The notes below the pieces were generated by a model. That model was not told the DNA's origin, did not search any database, and was given only the letters and a program-made list of their open reading frames with translations. From contig JANWYG010000017.1 in the NCBI GenBank assembly GCA_025057015.1, forward strand, positions 193,071 to 257,070: a stretch of 64,000 nucleotides of DNA, read 5' to 3'. Position 1 is the stretch's first letter, and every line of letters begins with the position of its first letter. Source of the stretch: Blastocatellia bacterium. GTDB taxonomy: Bacteria; Acidobacteriota; Blastocatellia; Chloracidobacteriales; JADJPF01. Below, one piece after another: positions 20,470 through 32,400 of this stretch. A program made the position numbers and the translations under genes.

Positions 20470-21173
20470 AATTCGGCGTGGTAATCTTTCCAGGCTCAAA
20501 CTGTGACCACGATACTTACCATGTGATAAGCAAAATAGTAGGTCAGCCGGTACACTTTCTCTGGCATCGCAACCGCACGGTGGAAAATTGCGACGTCGTC
20601 ATACTACCTGGTGGCTTCTCTTACGGCGACTATCTGCGCTGTGGTGCTATAGCAAGTTTTTCACCCGTAATGCAGGCCATTAAAGAATTTGCCGCCCGCG
20701 GTGGGCTCATACTTGGCATCTGTAATGGTTTTCAAATACTGTGTGAGGCAGGATTGCTTCCGGGCGCCTTACTGCGCAATCACAAACTAAAGTTCATCTG
20801 CGAACATGTTTACCTGCGAGTCGAAACTAACGACAGCGCTTTTCTCAAGTACTACTACCCTTTGCAAGTGGTCAACATACCGATAGCCCATGCCGAAGGC
20901 TGTTACTACTGCACAAAAGAGGAGTTAGACGAGCTTGTTCGAGAACATCGCGTAGCCTTCAGGTACTGCACTAAGGAAGGTAAAGTCGACCCTTCAGCAA
21001 ACCCTAACGGCTCGATAGACAACATAGCTGGCATATTTAACCGGGAAAAGAACGTGCTGGGAATGATGCCGCACCCCGAACGAGCCTCAGAAGAACTGCT
21101 CGGTAGTATTGATGGCAGAACACTTTTCGAATCGCTAGCAATACACTTAGCCAAGCTAGAAAAGAGCAGATAA
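20466..21173 (+). CDS. purQ: phosphoribosylformylglycinamidine synthase I (glutaminase subunit)
   Basis: 235 aa with [21 protein letters not shown] (catalytic Cys) and MMPHPER. Confidence 0.95.
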   Translation: MKFGVVIFPGSNCDHDTYHVISKIVGQPVHFLWHRNRTVENCDVVILPGGFSYGDYLRCGAIASFSPVMQAIKEFAARGGLILGICNGFQILCEAGLLPGALLRNHKLKFICEHVYLRVETNDSAFLKYYYPLQVVNIPIAHAEGCYYCTKEELDELVREHRVAFRYCTKEGKVDPSANPNGSIDNIAGIFNREKNVLGMMPHPERASEELLGSIDGRTLFESLAIHLAKLEKSR

Positions 21174-21177
21174 ACGC

Positions 21178-22572
21178 CTACCTTTCGGTTCTGTCTGGGG
21201 AACTTCTGCTGGATAGAGGCTGCGGTAACTCGAGTTCTACTTCGATAATTCTGAACTTCTCAGTTTTAGCAACTGTAAATTTCATCTGTCCAAAATTCAC
21301 GCTCTCGCCAACTTTGAGAACTTTACCGGCACGGTTCATCATAAATCCTGCCAGCGTAGTATAATTTTCTTCCTCAGGCAACCCTAGCTTCAGCCGACGA
21401 TTAATCGCTCTAATCGTAGCGCCACCTGCAAGAGCATAATGACCTGGCCGTATCTGTTTGACCCAGTCAACATCCTCTTCATCGTGCTCGTCACGTATTT
21501 CACCTACTATTTCCTCGAGCAGGTCCTCAAGCGTCACTATCCCCAACGTACCTCCATGCTCATCTACAACTATGCCCATATGGACTCCGGCACGCCGCAT
21601 TTGCCTCAAGGCTTCAACTAGACGCGCAGTCTCGGGCAAATAAAGTGGCCGATTAAGCAGTTTAGCAATAGAAAAGCCTGCTGGTTCTCTCAAATAAGGA
21701 AAGATATCTTTGACAAAGAGGATTCCTATGATGTTGTCTAACTGCTCGCTGTAGACGGGTAATCTCGAATAGCCGCTTAATCTAAACTCGTTGTATATCT
21801 CGTCTAAAGAAGCCTTATCAGACAAGGCATGAATTTCGGTGCGGGGCACCATGACTTCGCGTATTTCCGTCTCGGCAAATTCTATGATGTTGTTAAGCAT
21901 GGTCAGCTCTTCACTTTGAATGTGTCCCCCTTGATGACTCATCTCAACAAGCTGTCTTAATTCTTCCTTAGTGTAGCTATGTGTCTGCTCAGCTCTCAAA
22001 TGTAGCCCAAAGAGCCGAATCAGCAATGTTCCTGACTGATTAAGCAGCCATATAGGCAACCTAAACAGGCTATAAAATACTTCCATAGGACGAGCTACAA
22101 GCAGAGCAACAGCCTCAGTCTTTTCAAGCGCCAGCGTCTTTGGAGCTAGTTCTCCCATCACTATATGTAAGAAAGTAATCAAGCTAAAGGCTATGACCAC
22201 GGCCAGCGTATGTGCTGCTGCATCAGCAGCTATGCCAGCGGGCAAAATTTGAGCAAACAGCGGCGTAAATGCTCGCGCTAAAGTCGATTCTCCCAACCAT
22301 CCCAGCCCAAGGCTAGCTAGCGTGATTCCAAATTGAGAAGCAGAAAGATAGGCATCAAGCATAGAGATCACGCGAAGAAGTGTTGCAGCACGCTTGTTAC
22401 CAGCCTCTATTAGGGTAAGCACCCGCGAACGTCTTACTCCCACTAAAGCAAATTCAGCGGCAACAAAAAAACCATTCGCTAGTACCAGCAGAAACGCCAC
22501 ACCTAGCTTTATAACTAAAGTGGTGAATGACTCTGGCTGCATTACATACGAAGAGTACAAAGATATTAGCAT
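21178..22572 (-). CDS. CNNM/DUF21, CBS pair and CorC_HlyC domain protein (hemolysin-family/Mg-Co efflux-like)
   Basis: 464 aa with N-terminal TM helices ([13 protein letters not shown]), a CBS pair (VMVPRTEI...) and a C-terminal transporter-associated domain. Confidence 0.85.
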   Translation of the reverse strand: MLISLYSSYVMQPESFTTLVIKLGVAFLLVLANGFFVAAEFALVGVRRSRVLTLIEAGNKRAATLLRVISMLDAYLSASQFGITLASLGLGWLGESTLARAFTPLFAQILPAGIAADAAAHTLAVVIAFSLITFLHIVMGELAPKTLALEKTEAVALLVARPMEVFYSLFRLPIWLLNQSGTLLIRLFGLHLRAEQTHSYTKEELRQLVEMSHQGGHIQSEELTMLNNIIEFAETEIREVMVPRTEIHALSDKASLDEIYNEFRLSGYSRLPVYSEQLDNIIGILFVKDIFPYLREPAGFSIAKLLNRPLYLPETARLVEALRQMRRAGVHMGIVVDEHGGTLGIVTLEDLLEEIVGEIRDEHDEEDVDWVKQIRPGHYALAGGATIRAINRRLKLGLPEEENYTTLAGFMMNRAGKVLKVGESVNFGQMKFTVAKTEKFRIIEVELELPQPLSSRSSPDRTER

Positions 22573-22597
22573 TGGATTTTTCTAATATATTGATAAA

Positions 22598-23023
22598 ATG
22601 AGTCTATTCCAAACTAGGAGATTACAGATGAGCGAAACTGACAAGGGTATAAAAGACATCCTGAAGCAAGCTTTTGAATCATGGCAGAAAATGACTTCAG
22701 AACATGTAGAACAACTAGTGCGTAGCCAGACATTTCTTTCAGCTATAGCGCAAAACATAGAGCAAACACTCAACATTTCCGATCGCGTCAAAGATATCAC
22801 GCAGACAACCATGGGAATGATGAATTTGCCGACAAAACGCGATCTAGATAATTTAGCCAAACAAATCCGCTCCATTAAGATATCGTTAGAAGAAATAAAC
22901 GAGCGCCTAGAAGATATATCTAAGCAGCTCAATCTTGCTTCGAAAACCACTAGCGAGGCCACGGCAAAAAGCGAGCAGCCGAGACCTAAAAAATCAAGAG
23001 CCAAAAAGACTGCCGAAAGTTAA
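22598..23023 (+). CDS. hypothetical coiled-coil protein, phasin/PHA-granule-associated-like
   Basis: 141 aa, hydrophilic and helical with a basic tail. MNLPTKRDLDNLAKQIRSIKISLEEINERL resembles the C-terminal motif of phasin-type proteins. Chosen over the fully overlapping Cys/Ser-rich antisense ORF. Confidence 0.45.
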   Translation: MSLFQTRRLQMSETDKGIKDILKQAFESWQKMTSEHVEQLVRSQTFLSAIAQNIEQTLNISDRVKDITQTTMGMMNLPTKRDLDNLAKQIRSIKISLEEINERLEDISKQLNLASKTTSEATAKSEQPRPKKSRAKKTAES

Positions 23024-24354
23024 CCCTTTAACATTCGAGAGGCAGCGTCTACTGCTTCTTCGAAGGTAGAAATTTGCCCGTCAAGCTGCATCTCATACAC
23101 GGCCGAGGCGATTTCGCCCACTTTCCTGCCTGGCTTGAGACCCAGTTCTAACAAATGTCTGCCAAGCAATATAGGCCGAGGCGCTCCGGCTTCTAAACCG
23201 AGCGCCTTTACGCGCTCCCAGAAAGCTTCCTGTGCTGACGCCTCTCCACAAGCGGCTAAACTTTCGGCTTTAGCTACAAGATATAGTAGCTCCAGATCGC
23301 ATAACCGAGCTAAGCGCCGGTACTCTCCATCGCTACCTTTGGCTAGTTGCACAACCTTGTAACGGTTTGTAACAAGCCTACAGACTTGCTGTCTAACCCG
23401 GTAACCACCTATTCTGTGTAGGTTAAACTTATCAAGAAGCCCTAGGACACTTGCCGTAACATCGTTAGCTTCTTCAGCCAAGTAAAGGCACAATACAGCA
23501 AGCATCACGGTAAGCCGCCTTGCTCGGGAAAGGTTTTCTGTCAGCCTAGCAGCTACATCCAGAGCATTCAGCGTGAGTTCCCAAAAGGCTCCCTCGGAGA
23601 GAATAGCTAGCTCAGGAAAAAGCTTATTTACTACTGCTAGCTGCAAAGCAACTCTGAGCCCCACAGAAGGTTTCTGAGCACGTAAAAACAGCTTCTCAAA
23701 TTCCATCCAAATCCGCTCATGCGGTAGGTCATCAAGAGGTATCCTGCGGCATAAGGCAGCAGTCTCAGGATCTATTGCAAACTCAAATCTGGCAGCAAAC
23801 ACCATAGCTCTTAAGACACGCAGCGAATCATCTACAAACGTCTGCGCATCGACCATCCTTATCAACCGTCGCCTTATATCACCTATGCCGTCATACGGAT
23901 CTATTAGCTCATCAGTCAGCGGGTCATACAGTATGGCGTTAATAGTAAAATCCCGCCGCCGTGCTGCCTGCTGGTAACTCATATAAGGGTCACCTTGTAT
24001 CTTAAAGCCTCTGTGCCCGCGACCGACCTTTGATTCGCTACGTGGCAGTGACACATCTATTTCTAACCTAGCACTGTTGCGACGTATGCTCAGCTTGTAG
24101 ACAGAAAAAGATTCACCTACCTCATTTACCCTACCAAAAGCAGCGACAATAGTTCTTAAACGCTCAGTTTCTATGCCGTACACTTCGAGATCTAGATCAC
24201 GAACTTTCTGCAGCAAGTTACTAATAGATAACAACTTGGCTATCAGGCAATCTCTTACTAACCCGCCTACCAGTAGAGCCCTACCGCCTGCGGCTTTAAC
24301 CGCTCGACATATCGGTTTTACGAACTCCTCGATTGTTCTATCCTCCAGCAGCAT
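23020..24354 (-). CDS. tRNA nucleotidyltransferase (CCA-adding) / poly(A) polymerase family protein
   Basis: 444 aa with GGRALLVGGLVRDCL, DLDLEV and RRRDFTINAILYD (class II nucleotidyltransferase head). Its start shares 1 nt with the glyQS stop (TAATG). Confidence 0.75.
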   Translation of the reverse strand: MLLEDRTIEEFVKPICRAVKAAGGRALLVGGLVRDCLIAKLLSISNLLQKVRDLDLEVYGIETERLRTIVAAFGRVNEVGESFSVYKLSIRRNSARLEIDVSLPRSESKVGRGHRGFKIQGDPYMSYQQAARRRDFTINAILYDPLTDELIDPYDGIGDIRRRLIRMVDAQTFVDDSLRVLRAMVFAARFEFAIDPETAALCRRIPLDDLPHERIWMEFEKLFLRAQKPSVGLRVALQLAVVNKLFPELAILSEGAFWELTLNALDVAARLTENLSRARRLTVMLAVLCLYLAEEANDVTASVLGLLDKFNLHRIGGYRVRQQVCRLVTNRYKVVQLAKGSDGEYRRLARLCDLELLYLVAKAESLAACGEASAQEAFWERVKALGLEAGAPRPILLGRHLLELGLKPGRKVGEIASAVYEMQLDGQISTFEEAVDAASRMLKG

Positions 24355-26003
24355 TACTCCAGCCTTCGTAAAACATAATCTACAAGCTCAGAGGTGCTTA
24401 CGCGCTGCTGTTTCATGGTATCGCGGTCACGTACGGTTACCGTGGAATCCTCCAGCGACTGAAAGTCTATAGTGACACACATCGGAGTACCTATTTCATC
24501 TTGGCGCCTATAGAGCTTTCCAATAGCAGCCGTATCATCGTAAACCGTACGACATACTGGCCGCAGTAAGGCACTTACAGAACGTGCCAGTTCGACTATG
24601 CGCGGTTCGTTCTTTTTGAGCGGAAAAACGGCTACCTTTATTGGTGCAAGTGCTGGATGCAACCTCAAAACGACACGGCTATATTCGTCACATAGCCGAG
24701 CAGCAAGCTGTCTAAGCTTCTTAAGCGCTTCCACCCTCTCGCTACCAGCAAGATTGCAAACGGATTCCACGTCCAAGATAGAATCCGTATCCTGTAATCG
24801 TTGCTTTATAGCAGTTAACTGTTCAGCTAACCCAGGCTCCAATTTTTTGTCAGAAAGCTTCTTATCGATACTCTTAATAGCAGCAGTTCGTGCAGCCTGC
24901 AAATCGGCAATCTCTTCAGGTTTTAGCTCGCCGACCAGCTCTTCGTCATAAGCCTCACACAAGAAGGCCAGCGTAGCCCGGTCAGCACCTGCCGAAGGTT
25001 CTATCACATAAGGAATATATCTTGCACCTCGCTTACCTGTCACGGGGTCAACATACGCTTCATCGAAATAGTCTAGACGCTGCGTGCTATGCAAGTTTCT
25101 CACTAACTTGAGACGCTCAAGATCTTCTTCGGAAACATCCTTGCTGTGCGCAGATAGGTCGTAATCCTGTCGGTTAGCTATACCCTCTAACTCACTCCAA
25201 CCGAGCGAACCCGGAAAGAGATACTCTATGTCAACAGTTGCCTTTGCGTAATGAGCTAATTCTTCAGGACGTTGAACCCGCTTGCGCAACCTAGAAGGGT
25301 CAATCCCCAAATTCACGTACCAATTGAAACGCTCTTCTACCCATTCCTCATGTAGCTCTATGTCGCTCTTTTCACCCGGTTGAAGATATTTCGGCGGTTT
25401 ACAGAAATACTCTATCTCCATCTGCTCGAACTCGCGCGTGCGGAAGGTGAAATTACCTGGCGTAATTTCATTGCGAAACGCCTTGCCTATCTGCGCAATA
25501 CCGAAAGGAAGCTTGCGACGCATAGTTTGCTGCACGTTAACAAAATTGACAAAGATACCCTGAGCCGTCTCTGGCCGCAAATAGGCCAAACTAGAGTCAT
25601 CACGCACTGGGCCGACGTAAGTCTCAAACATGAGATTAAAGTTGCGCGGTTCGGTCAATTCTCCATCCTCACACTCCGGACAGCGCTGGCCTATGACATG
25701 ATCTGCACGAAAACGTTTTTTACAGCTTTTGCAATCTACAAGCGGATCGGAAAAAGTAGCTTCATGGCCAGAATACTTCCACACAAGCCTGTTCATCAAA
25801 ATCGCTGCATCCAGACCCTCCATATCGTCGCGGTCATAAACAACAGCGCGCCACCAAGCACGCTTGACGTTGTTCTTAAGCTCCACGCCAAGCGGACCAT
25901 AGTCCCAAGTAGAACCTATACCGCCATAAACTTCACTGCTTTGAAAAATAAAGCCGCGACGCTTACACAGCGAGACGACCCTGTCCATATCTTTCGCAGG
26001 CAT
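24354..26003 (-). CDS. glyQS: glycine--tRNA ligase (alpha2 type)
   Basis: [56 protein letters not shown] and an anticodon-binding tail. The ATG at 26003 (MPAKDMDRV) is preferred. The 61-codon upstream extension of the ORF overlaps the divergent gene and looks non-coding. Confidence 0.9.
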   Translation of the reverse strand: MPAKDMDRVVSLCKRRGFIFQSSEVYGGIGSTWDYGPLGVELKNNVKRAWWRAVVYDRDDMEGLDAAILMNRLVWKYSGHEATFSDPLVDCKSCKKRFRADHVIGQRCPECEDGELTEPRNFNLMFETYVGPVRDDSSLAYLRPETAQGIFVNFVNVQQTMRRKLPFGIAQIGKAFRNEITPGNFTFRTREFEQMEIEYFCKPPKYLQPGEKSDIELHEEWVEERFNWYVNLGIDPSRLRKRVQRPEELAHYAKATVDIEYLFPGSLGWSELEGIANRQDYDLSAHSKDVSEEDLERLKLVRNLHSTQRLDYFDEAYVDPVTGKRGARYIPYVIEPSAGADRATLAFLCEAYDEELVGELKPEEIADLQAARTAAIKSIDKKLSDKKLEPGLAEQLTAIKQRLQDTDSILDVESVCNLAGSERVEALKKLRQLAARLCDEYSRVVLRLHPALAPIKVAVFPLKKNEPRIVELARSVSALLRPVCRTVYDDTAAIGKLYRRQDEIGTPMCVTIDFQSLEDSTVTVRDRDTMKQQRVSTSELVDYVLRRLE

Positions 26004-26052
26004 TGTTACTCCTTGATCTAAATTAAAAAGATAGCAATTATAAGTCCTAGTC

Positions 26053-26643
26053 ATGATCTCTGCAATACTACTTGCAGCCGGCAGGTCAACACGGCTCGGC
26101 AGACCAAAACAATTACTCAGCTTGGGACACACAAACATAATAAACGCTTGTATACTAAACATACGTAGCGCTGGCATAAACTCCATTACTGTAGTAACAG
26201 GCTATGAAGCAGAAAAAATAGAAGCCGTTCTCGAAGACGTGTCGATAGCAAGGAATTCTGACTATCTCCAAGGCATGATTAGTTCTATTAAGGCTGGTAT
26301 AGCCGCTCAACCAGCATCTGTAGAAGCAGCTTTACTAGCGCTCTGCGACCAGCCACATGTTTCTGCAACATTAATCAGCCAACTGCTGGATCGTTACAAG
26401 CTAACAAAATGCTCCGTAGTCAAGCCAAGATACCTAGGCCAAAGCGGTCATCCCATAGTCTTAAACCGCAGTGTTTTTCCAAACATACTCTCATTAGGCA
26501 CAGGCGAGCGGCTAGACCTGCTCTTAAAACGCTACGACGTGCAGTACGTAGACACCGATGAAGTAGCCGTTGTAGAGGATATAGACACGGAAGAAGACTA
26601 CCTCAGCCTTCTCAAAAGGCTAAAGCAGCAGCTTCCTGGCTAA
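26053..26643 (+). CDS. MobA-like NTP transferase (molybdenum cofactor cytidylyl/guanylyltransferase family)
   Basis: 196 aa with [26 protein letters not shown] and GHPIVL. Confidence 0.75.
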   Translation: MISAILLAAGRSTRLGRPKQLLSLGHTNIINACILNIRSAGINSITVVTGYEAEKIEAVLEDVSIARNSDYLQGMISSIKAGIAAQPASVEAALLALCDQPHVSATLISQLLDRYKLTKCSVVKPRYLGQSGHPIVLNRSVFPNILSLGTGERLDLLLKRYDVQYVDTDEVAVVEDIDTEEDYLSLLKRLKQQLPG

Positions 26644-26874
26644 TAAGTTTCTGGACACCTCATTTAGCGAGTCAATCACACATTTTGCCTCGTGCAACAT
26701 CTTTTCGAGACTGAAACACGAATCTCTGCGAAAGACAGAACTCCATAGACTAGCTACTACACCTGTTTGTGCTGAAGCAAACTGGCTTGAACTATTTTGA
26801 CTCAAACAATCCCCAGAGAGGCCGTTGGAATGTAAGTAACCTTGCTCTTTCTAACACCCAGAGCCAAAGATGTC

Positions 26875-27888
26875 TCAAGAGCCTAGAGCAACCTTGAGAT
26901 TAAACATTCGCTCAGCTACGTCTTCATAGTTCTGCACATACACTTCCACCTTTTGGTAAACCTTTAGTGCTACTTCACGCTCGCCCATCTCCTCATAAAT
27001 CCGCGCTTGGGCATAATAGGCCGCTGCATAAGACTCTCTGTCCAACCCTGCAATATCCGCTGCTCGCTTGAACCATATCAGAGCGGCACGTGGCATTTCC
27101 TTCATCACGAAGCAGCGACCAAGCTGCATACAACACTTATATGCACTCGAACTTGTCGGCTCAACCAGCTTGAAAGCCGTCTGAAACTCCTCTATAGCGT
27201 CATCTATCAGCTCCATTTCTAGGTAGACCAATGCTACGTTGAAATGTTCGTGAAAACTATCCTCCGTAGGCTGCTCATCTAGTTCTTCCTGAAGCTCCTC
27301 AAAAAGCGAGCGAGTTTCCTGCAGAGTCTTAAAGCGCCTGGGCGTTAGAGAGTTTTCAAATGACTGCGTCGTCCTAAAGTCTACCTCAGCTATATCGACC
27401 AGCTGTTCTTGCTCTAATTTGTTTTCCTCTTCAGTAATGTGTTCCTCTTCTTCACTTACTACCTCAGCTGGGTTGAAAAATATCTCCGCTTCATTACCAT
27501 CACGCTGTGGCACTTGCGATACTTCACTCTTCATAATAAGACTCGGCACAGCCTTTACCTTACCCTCCTTCTCCAGCAACGCCAGCTTCTCCAATCGGTC
27601 TAGAATCATAGGATGCTCAGGATAGTCTTTTTCTAAGCTTTCCAACGCACTCAAGGCTACGTCAAAGAAACCTTGCTCTATGTAAAAATCCACGTTTTCT
27701 ATCTGCTCAATCAACAAGCGTTGCCTCTCGAGACGGCCAGTCTGAGATGCTGGATCTGGTTCGCTAAAATGAAACATCGAGTGCCGACCCGTCTCTCTTA
27801 GCGCTCCCTTCACTGAAAGCCGGAATTTCTCTTCTCCTATCAGTTCCTCTTTCTGAGAGAACTGTCTTTCCAACTTCTCATCACTCAT
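26875..27888 (-). CDS. acidic TPR-like repeat protein
   Basis: 337 aa with no signal peptide, an acidic central linker and TPR-like helices (FYIEQGFFDVALSALESL; NVALVYLEMELIDDAIEEFQTAF; YYAQARIYEEMGEREVALKVYQKV). Last gene of the 26875-34789 operon. Confidence 0.6.
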   Translation of the reverse strand: MSDEKLERQFSQKEELIGEEKFRLSVKGALRETGRHSMFHFSEPDPASQTGRLERQRLLIEQIENVDFYIEQGFFDVALSALESLEKDYPEHPMILDRLEKLALLEKEGKVKAVPSLIMKSEVSQVPQRDGNEAEIFFNPAEVVSEEEEHITEEENKLEQEQLVDIAEVDFRTTQSFENSLTPRRFKTLQETRSLFEELQEELDEQPTEDSFHEHFNVALVYLEMELIDDAIEEFQTAFKLVEPTSSSAYKCCMQLGRCFVMKEMPRAALIWFKRAADIAGLDRESYAAAYYAQARIYEEMGEREVALKVYQKVEVYVQNYEDVAERMFNLKVALGS

Positions 27889-27954
27889 GGTATTTTGCTG
27901 GAGGCTACCGTAAAGATTGAGGTTATTTTAGACGAGACTGGCCAGCATAGCAAA

Positions 27955-29469
27955 CTAAAAATTACGCTTGTAAACGGCAAGCCTACCGTATGGGGAATCA
28001 AAATCAGCCACAAACTCCAGCCTGCAGACAGCAGTTGTTGTATTTAGTGACTTTAGCTTACGCTGCTCCCTCTCGTTAAGCACTAAAAGTAACGATTCGT
28101 CAGCAAGATAGCCTTCTAGCAGCCTTTTCGCAAGCTTTTTTGAAAAGGCCAGAAAGCGCCTGTCATAGTAAAACAAATACCAATGCCGAGGACTAGCCAC
28201 TAAGGTATGACCATTTGCAAGCTGCCTGAACTTGGCTACAAAATACTCGTACTCACTGGAGTCCAGCGTACGAGCGTACCTAAAATGACTTATCGGTAAT
28301 GCCACAGCAGCAGCAAAATACAAGCCCAGACTTAGGACTAAGACACACGAGAAAACCACCTTTAATCGACTCTTTAAGTCGTCTATATAGGCAGCTAAGT
28401 TGGCAAAAGTAACGGCAACAGCTTGTGCGAACCAAACTGTCAGATGCGGCAGATATGAGTGCGTTTTGTTGGTCACTTCAAAGGCAAAAAATAATGCTAT
28501 CCAAATGCAGGCCAGCAGAAGATGCGCCTGCGGATACTGCCTTGATTTATGGCGGCCTAATACGACGGCTACAGTGAGATAAAGTCCAGAAAACAGCGTA
28601 AACAACTTGAACAGGGTCACAGCATGGTTCGTACCTACCATCACGCCATAATTCCAATCTCGATAGCGCTTGTACTCGCCGGTAAAATTTTGCACCATTC
28701 CCTCAGGCGTGATGCCGCGAGCCCGCCCCTTAGAAAATAAATTCCACTGAGCCAAATATTCAACCCGGTTGTTATATACCACTGCAACATATGGCAACAT
28801 AATCAGACATATGCCAGCAGCTAGTGCCCACGCTCTAGGTCGTTTGAAGAAACTCACTCCATCATCTAGCAGCGTCCATAGCCCCAGCAAGACAAATTGA
28901 TAAAGCCCATTTAGATGTGATAGTACAGCTAGCGCTGCTGACAGTCCCGACACAAACCCCGTCGGCCAGCCTCTGTAACAAAGGTAGAAGTAGGAAGACA
29001 ACAAGCAAAAAAACAGGCAAGTCAAGTCGTTGCGCAGAAACCTGCTACAAGTGAAAAAGTTATTATCAAAGACCAGTAAAGCCACAGCTAAGACAGCAAA
29101 GTATCGGTGTTTACTAGAGACAGCTATCAATTCACGGCAAAGCAAAAACACTAGTACGAGAACACCACACCCAAACAGCAAATTGAAGGCACGGGCTACT
29201 GTCATTCCAAAACCAAACAGCTTAAACCATCCAGCTAGGAGAAGGGTAAATACCGGGTCAGTATAGATTCTCTCGTCAACACTGTTGCCTAGATGCCTAA
29301 ACATGGGCAGCGCGATTCTACCGTGCTCGGCGAGTTCATAGGCGGGTTGCATAAGCCATGATTCATCTTTCCAGGGCAACGGATAAAATCCTAGGCCATA
29401 AGCTTCAAGCAAGATGAAGCAGCCTATTAGCAGCACTACAGACAACACTTCGTAGCCAGCTCGCAACAT
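27955..29469 (-). CDS. GT-C fold membrane glycosyltransferase (ArnT/PMT_2-like)
   Basis: 504 aa with about 11-12 TM helices, a first-loop acidic motif PLPWKDESWLMQPAYEL and a soluble C-terminal tail. By-eye family call. Its ATG abuts the upstream stop (TAGATG). Confidence 0.6.
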   Translation of the reverse strand: MLRAGYEVLSVVLLIGCFILLEAYGLGFYPLPWKDESWLMQPAYELAEHGRIALPMFRHLGNSVDERIYTDPVFTLLLAGWFKLFGFGMTVARAFNLLFGCGVLVLVFLLCRELIAVSSKHRYFAVLAVALLVFDNNFFTCSRFLRNDLTCLFFCLLSSYFYLCYRGWPTGFVSGLSAALAVLSHLNGLYQFVLLGLWTLLDDGVSFFKRPRAWALAAGICLIMLPYVAVVYNNRVEYLAQWNLFSKGRARGITPEGMVQNFTGEYKRYRDWNYGVMVGTNHAVTLFKLFTLFSGLYLTVAVVLGRHKSRQYPQAHLLLACIWIALFFAFEVTNKTHSYLPHLTVWFAQAVAVTFANLAAYIDDLKSRLKVVFSCVLVLSLGLYFAAAVALPISHFRYARTLDSSEYEYFVAKFRQLANGHTLVASPRHWYLFYYDRRFLAFSKKLAKRLLEGYLADESLLLVLNEREQRKLKSLNTTTAVCRLEFVADFDSPYGRLAVYKRNF

Positions 29470-32400
29470 CTAGCTAACCAAAACTCTTATTCCCGGAAAC
29501 TCGCTTGCTAGACTCTGCGCAACCAGTTTGAACTTAGTGGAGACATAATCGGAATAGTTATCCGATTGCAAGAGATGAAACAGATCACTCCAGTAAGGAT
29601 TAAATCCATCTGGAGATGAAGTTACTATGCACACTCCTGGGCGGGCAAGCACGCGTCCACTGCCTATCGGAAAGATTTCCACTGAAGGCTCCTCAATAAC
29701 AGCACCAAGCGTACCTCGCATATAAGCACGAAGCCGCGCCTCACCGCGTTCGGCTTGCACGCTAGCAGGTATGTCAAAGTCACCTATATCAAGCACGACT
29801 CGATCACATGCTATCAGGACTAAAAATGGTAGGCCTGAACTCCTCTGGGGTGCAGTTGTCAGATATTCCTCAAGGCGACGTCTGTCCTCTGGAAGTATTC
29901 TCGGCAAGTTCTCCGCCAGCGCCACCGTAGCGTTATAGATCTCCTCTAGCTGTACAAAGTAGTCTCTCACCTGTGGCCTTAGCTCTATCAGAGATTCGTC
30001 AGAGGGTAGTCCTTGGTCAAGCATTTTGCGTAGAAAGTTATAAAAGCCTTCAGCCATCCTTGGCACCTGTACAAGCAGAGCTCTAGCAGAAGCATTCTCT
30101 GGTCCTGGCAGCAGTTGCTCTATCACTCGGCGCGTGCCATGCAATAAATCTACCAGCTGACGCTTTTGAGGCTGAGCTGCAAGCGAGAGGAGCTTCAGCT
30201 TCAACCAACCGCCATTATCTTCACCCAGCATAGCTAGAAGATCCACTATCTTTTCTGACAATGGCTCATCTATAACGACGATTCCTTCAGATTTCTCGAC
30301 TTGAGGTTGCTGCTCGGGCTTTTTCTCTTCCTGTTTGCGAACCGGATAGAGAATGTCTATCTGCTCAACAAGCAGATCGATAGCCTCCAGCAGCTTGTTA
30401 TCGAACTTTAGCGAAGCCATATCCTGCCGCAGCGTCGCTAGAAACTTCTTGTAGGAAGCCGCAAATGCCAGCCAGGAATCAAAGCGTATCTCTGGGTCAT
30501 AGTAGAAGTTGATAGCCTCAGTTACCGGTTGAGGTACACGTTCACCGGCTTCTAAAAATCCCTCTATGCTCTGTATAACTTTCTGACCGGCAGTCTCTGC
30601 CTCGACAGTTAAACTCTGCGATAGCTCGCTATCAGACAGCTCTATTACCAATATCACTCTGACTATATCGCCGAACAGCTTTAGCAGCAGCCCCAGCGCC
30701 TGATAAGGTGGCAGCTTGGTTAGCTGCTCGTCCCAAGCTTCGCCTGTTGCCAACTTCTGCCAAAAGTCCCATACTACGGGCATAGAAGAGCGGAAAAAAG
30801 ACCATTGCCAGCTGTTGGAAGTAATCCACCGCTGGTTGAAGCGGGTTGCAAGTGTCTCTTTGCGGTTATTGACCAACTGCGGGAGACTTTCAATGACGCG
30901 CCTGAGCTTACCTTGCGAATGTACCTCTTTAAGCCGCGCCACGATCTCCTCAGTTAGTGCCCAACTTTGCAGCGTCAGATCTAAGAAACGAATTTGATCG
31001 GCTAGACCTAGCACACTAAAAGGACTAGCCGGCCTAGCTGCAACCGCACCTTCCTTGCCAGCACCTACTACGGTGCCTACGCGCATCGTCAAAAAAGTAG
31101 GATGTTCAGGGCCCTGCTCACCCAGCGATGCTAGCCCGCCAGTTACTTGTTTAACATAGTCTTCGCCTAGCATCGAAATCGCACGGCGACGCCCTATCGA
31201 ACGCCAAAACTGCGACAAAACTTGATAACGTGCTATCGGATTAGGAGTAGCAGTACCGGCAGGAAAACTAAATGCTCTAGAATCAAGTAACGCCATGCCT
31301 AGTAGAGTTTCAAGCGGGCCACCTAAGCTACTACTCGCTACCATAGTCAACTGTGGCTGGTCTTGACAAATAGCACTGAAGATCCGCCCAAGCGACTTAA
31401 ATGCCATCCTGAACTTTACTTTTTGCCCTGCAGGTTCTAGATCAAAGTCTGAAAGTCCTGAACACAGAAACAGCTTGTAATCATGAGCCTCACCGGGACT
31501 AGATATCTGCGGGCCTTCTTCAGCAACCAGTCGGTCAAGCTCTTCGTCGCTTCGACATCTGAGCAATCTATATCCTCGAACAAGTATATGTGCCGCTTCA
31601 GCGGCGATGCGTTTAAGCGATCTTGACGAATTGGCGTCCTCGGTGATTACCGACCAGCTACCCTCTGAATAGTTATACGTCCAAAGCTGCGAAGCATCAT
31701 CAGGATCAACAGCTAGATCAACATAGGAAAAAGGAAGTTCAAAGTTACAGAAATAAAACAGCTCCACTATCGCCCGTATGAGCCTATGTGCCGGCCCCCA
31801 ACCAGCGTCTGGATCTAGTCCCCTAGCAACGACATATTCCCTATACTCTTCAGCCAACAGGTTGATACTTTCTAAAAGATGTAACAGATATCCAGCTGCT
31901 TCTCTGCTTACCGCTACGCTGCGACTATCATCGCCAAGCGGCAATAAGTACCCGCTAGGTTCGCCCGGCTGCTTATACCTGTTCAAGTGCGGTAAGGAAG
32001 CGCCTTCTTTGAAATGATGTTCCCAAGCTTTGATTTTTATAAGTCCTCGCCAACTTTGACTAAACAGACGAAGCATCTGCTCGGCAGTACGAGTTACTCT
32101 GGAACGCTCATCTCCAACCAGCTTCATCATTCGCTCGAGCGAGTCTAGCTTTGAAGCATAGGCGTGCAAATAATCCAAATCGCGTTCGAGCTTTTCAAGC
32201 CGTAACTGCATCTCCTGAGCAGCAGCATTATTGCCAACCTCATCCGCAAGCTTGCCCAGTGATTCAAGCCGGCTTTTATACATAGACAGTTCGTGCTCTC
32301 TTCTGCTTGTAGCATTGCGAACATAGGCTATTGCATCAAGTAACTCCGACCTCCTAGGTCTTAGCAGTCCAATACCTACGTCGCTATCACGGCTACGCAA

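Noticed and set aside
20233-21173. purS-purQ are not followed by purL.
   Set aside because: An unlinked purL is common in bacteria, and the next gene is convergent. This is not evidence of anything unusual.
22582-23004. A 140-aa minus-strand ORF fully overlapping the 141-aa plus-strand ORF at 22598-23023.
   Set aside because: The minus-strand product is Cys/Ser/Phe-rich with no helical periodicity. The plus-strand product is a coherent hydrophilic coiled-coil with a phasin-like motif, so only the plus strand is called.
26004-26186. A 61-codon N-terminal extension of the glyQS ORF that overlaps the divergent MobA-like gene.
   Set aside because: The conserved GlyRS sequence begins right after the ATG at 26003 ([18 protein letters not shown]). 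The extension is hydrophobic junk and would overlap the start of the gene at 26053.
26620-26805. A 61-aa minus-strand ORF downstream of the TPR gene.
   Set aside because: It starts with TTG without a clear ribosome-binding site, overlaps the 3' end of the convergent MobA-like gene and has a low-complexity Ser-rich sequence.
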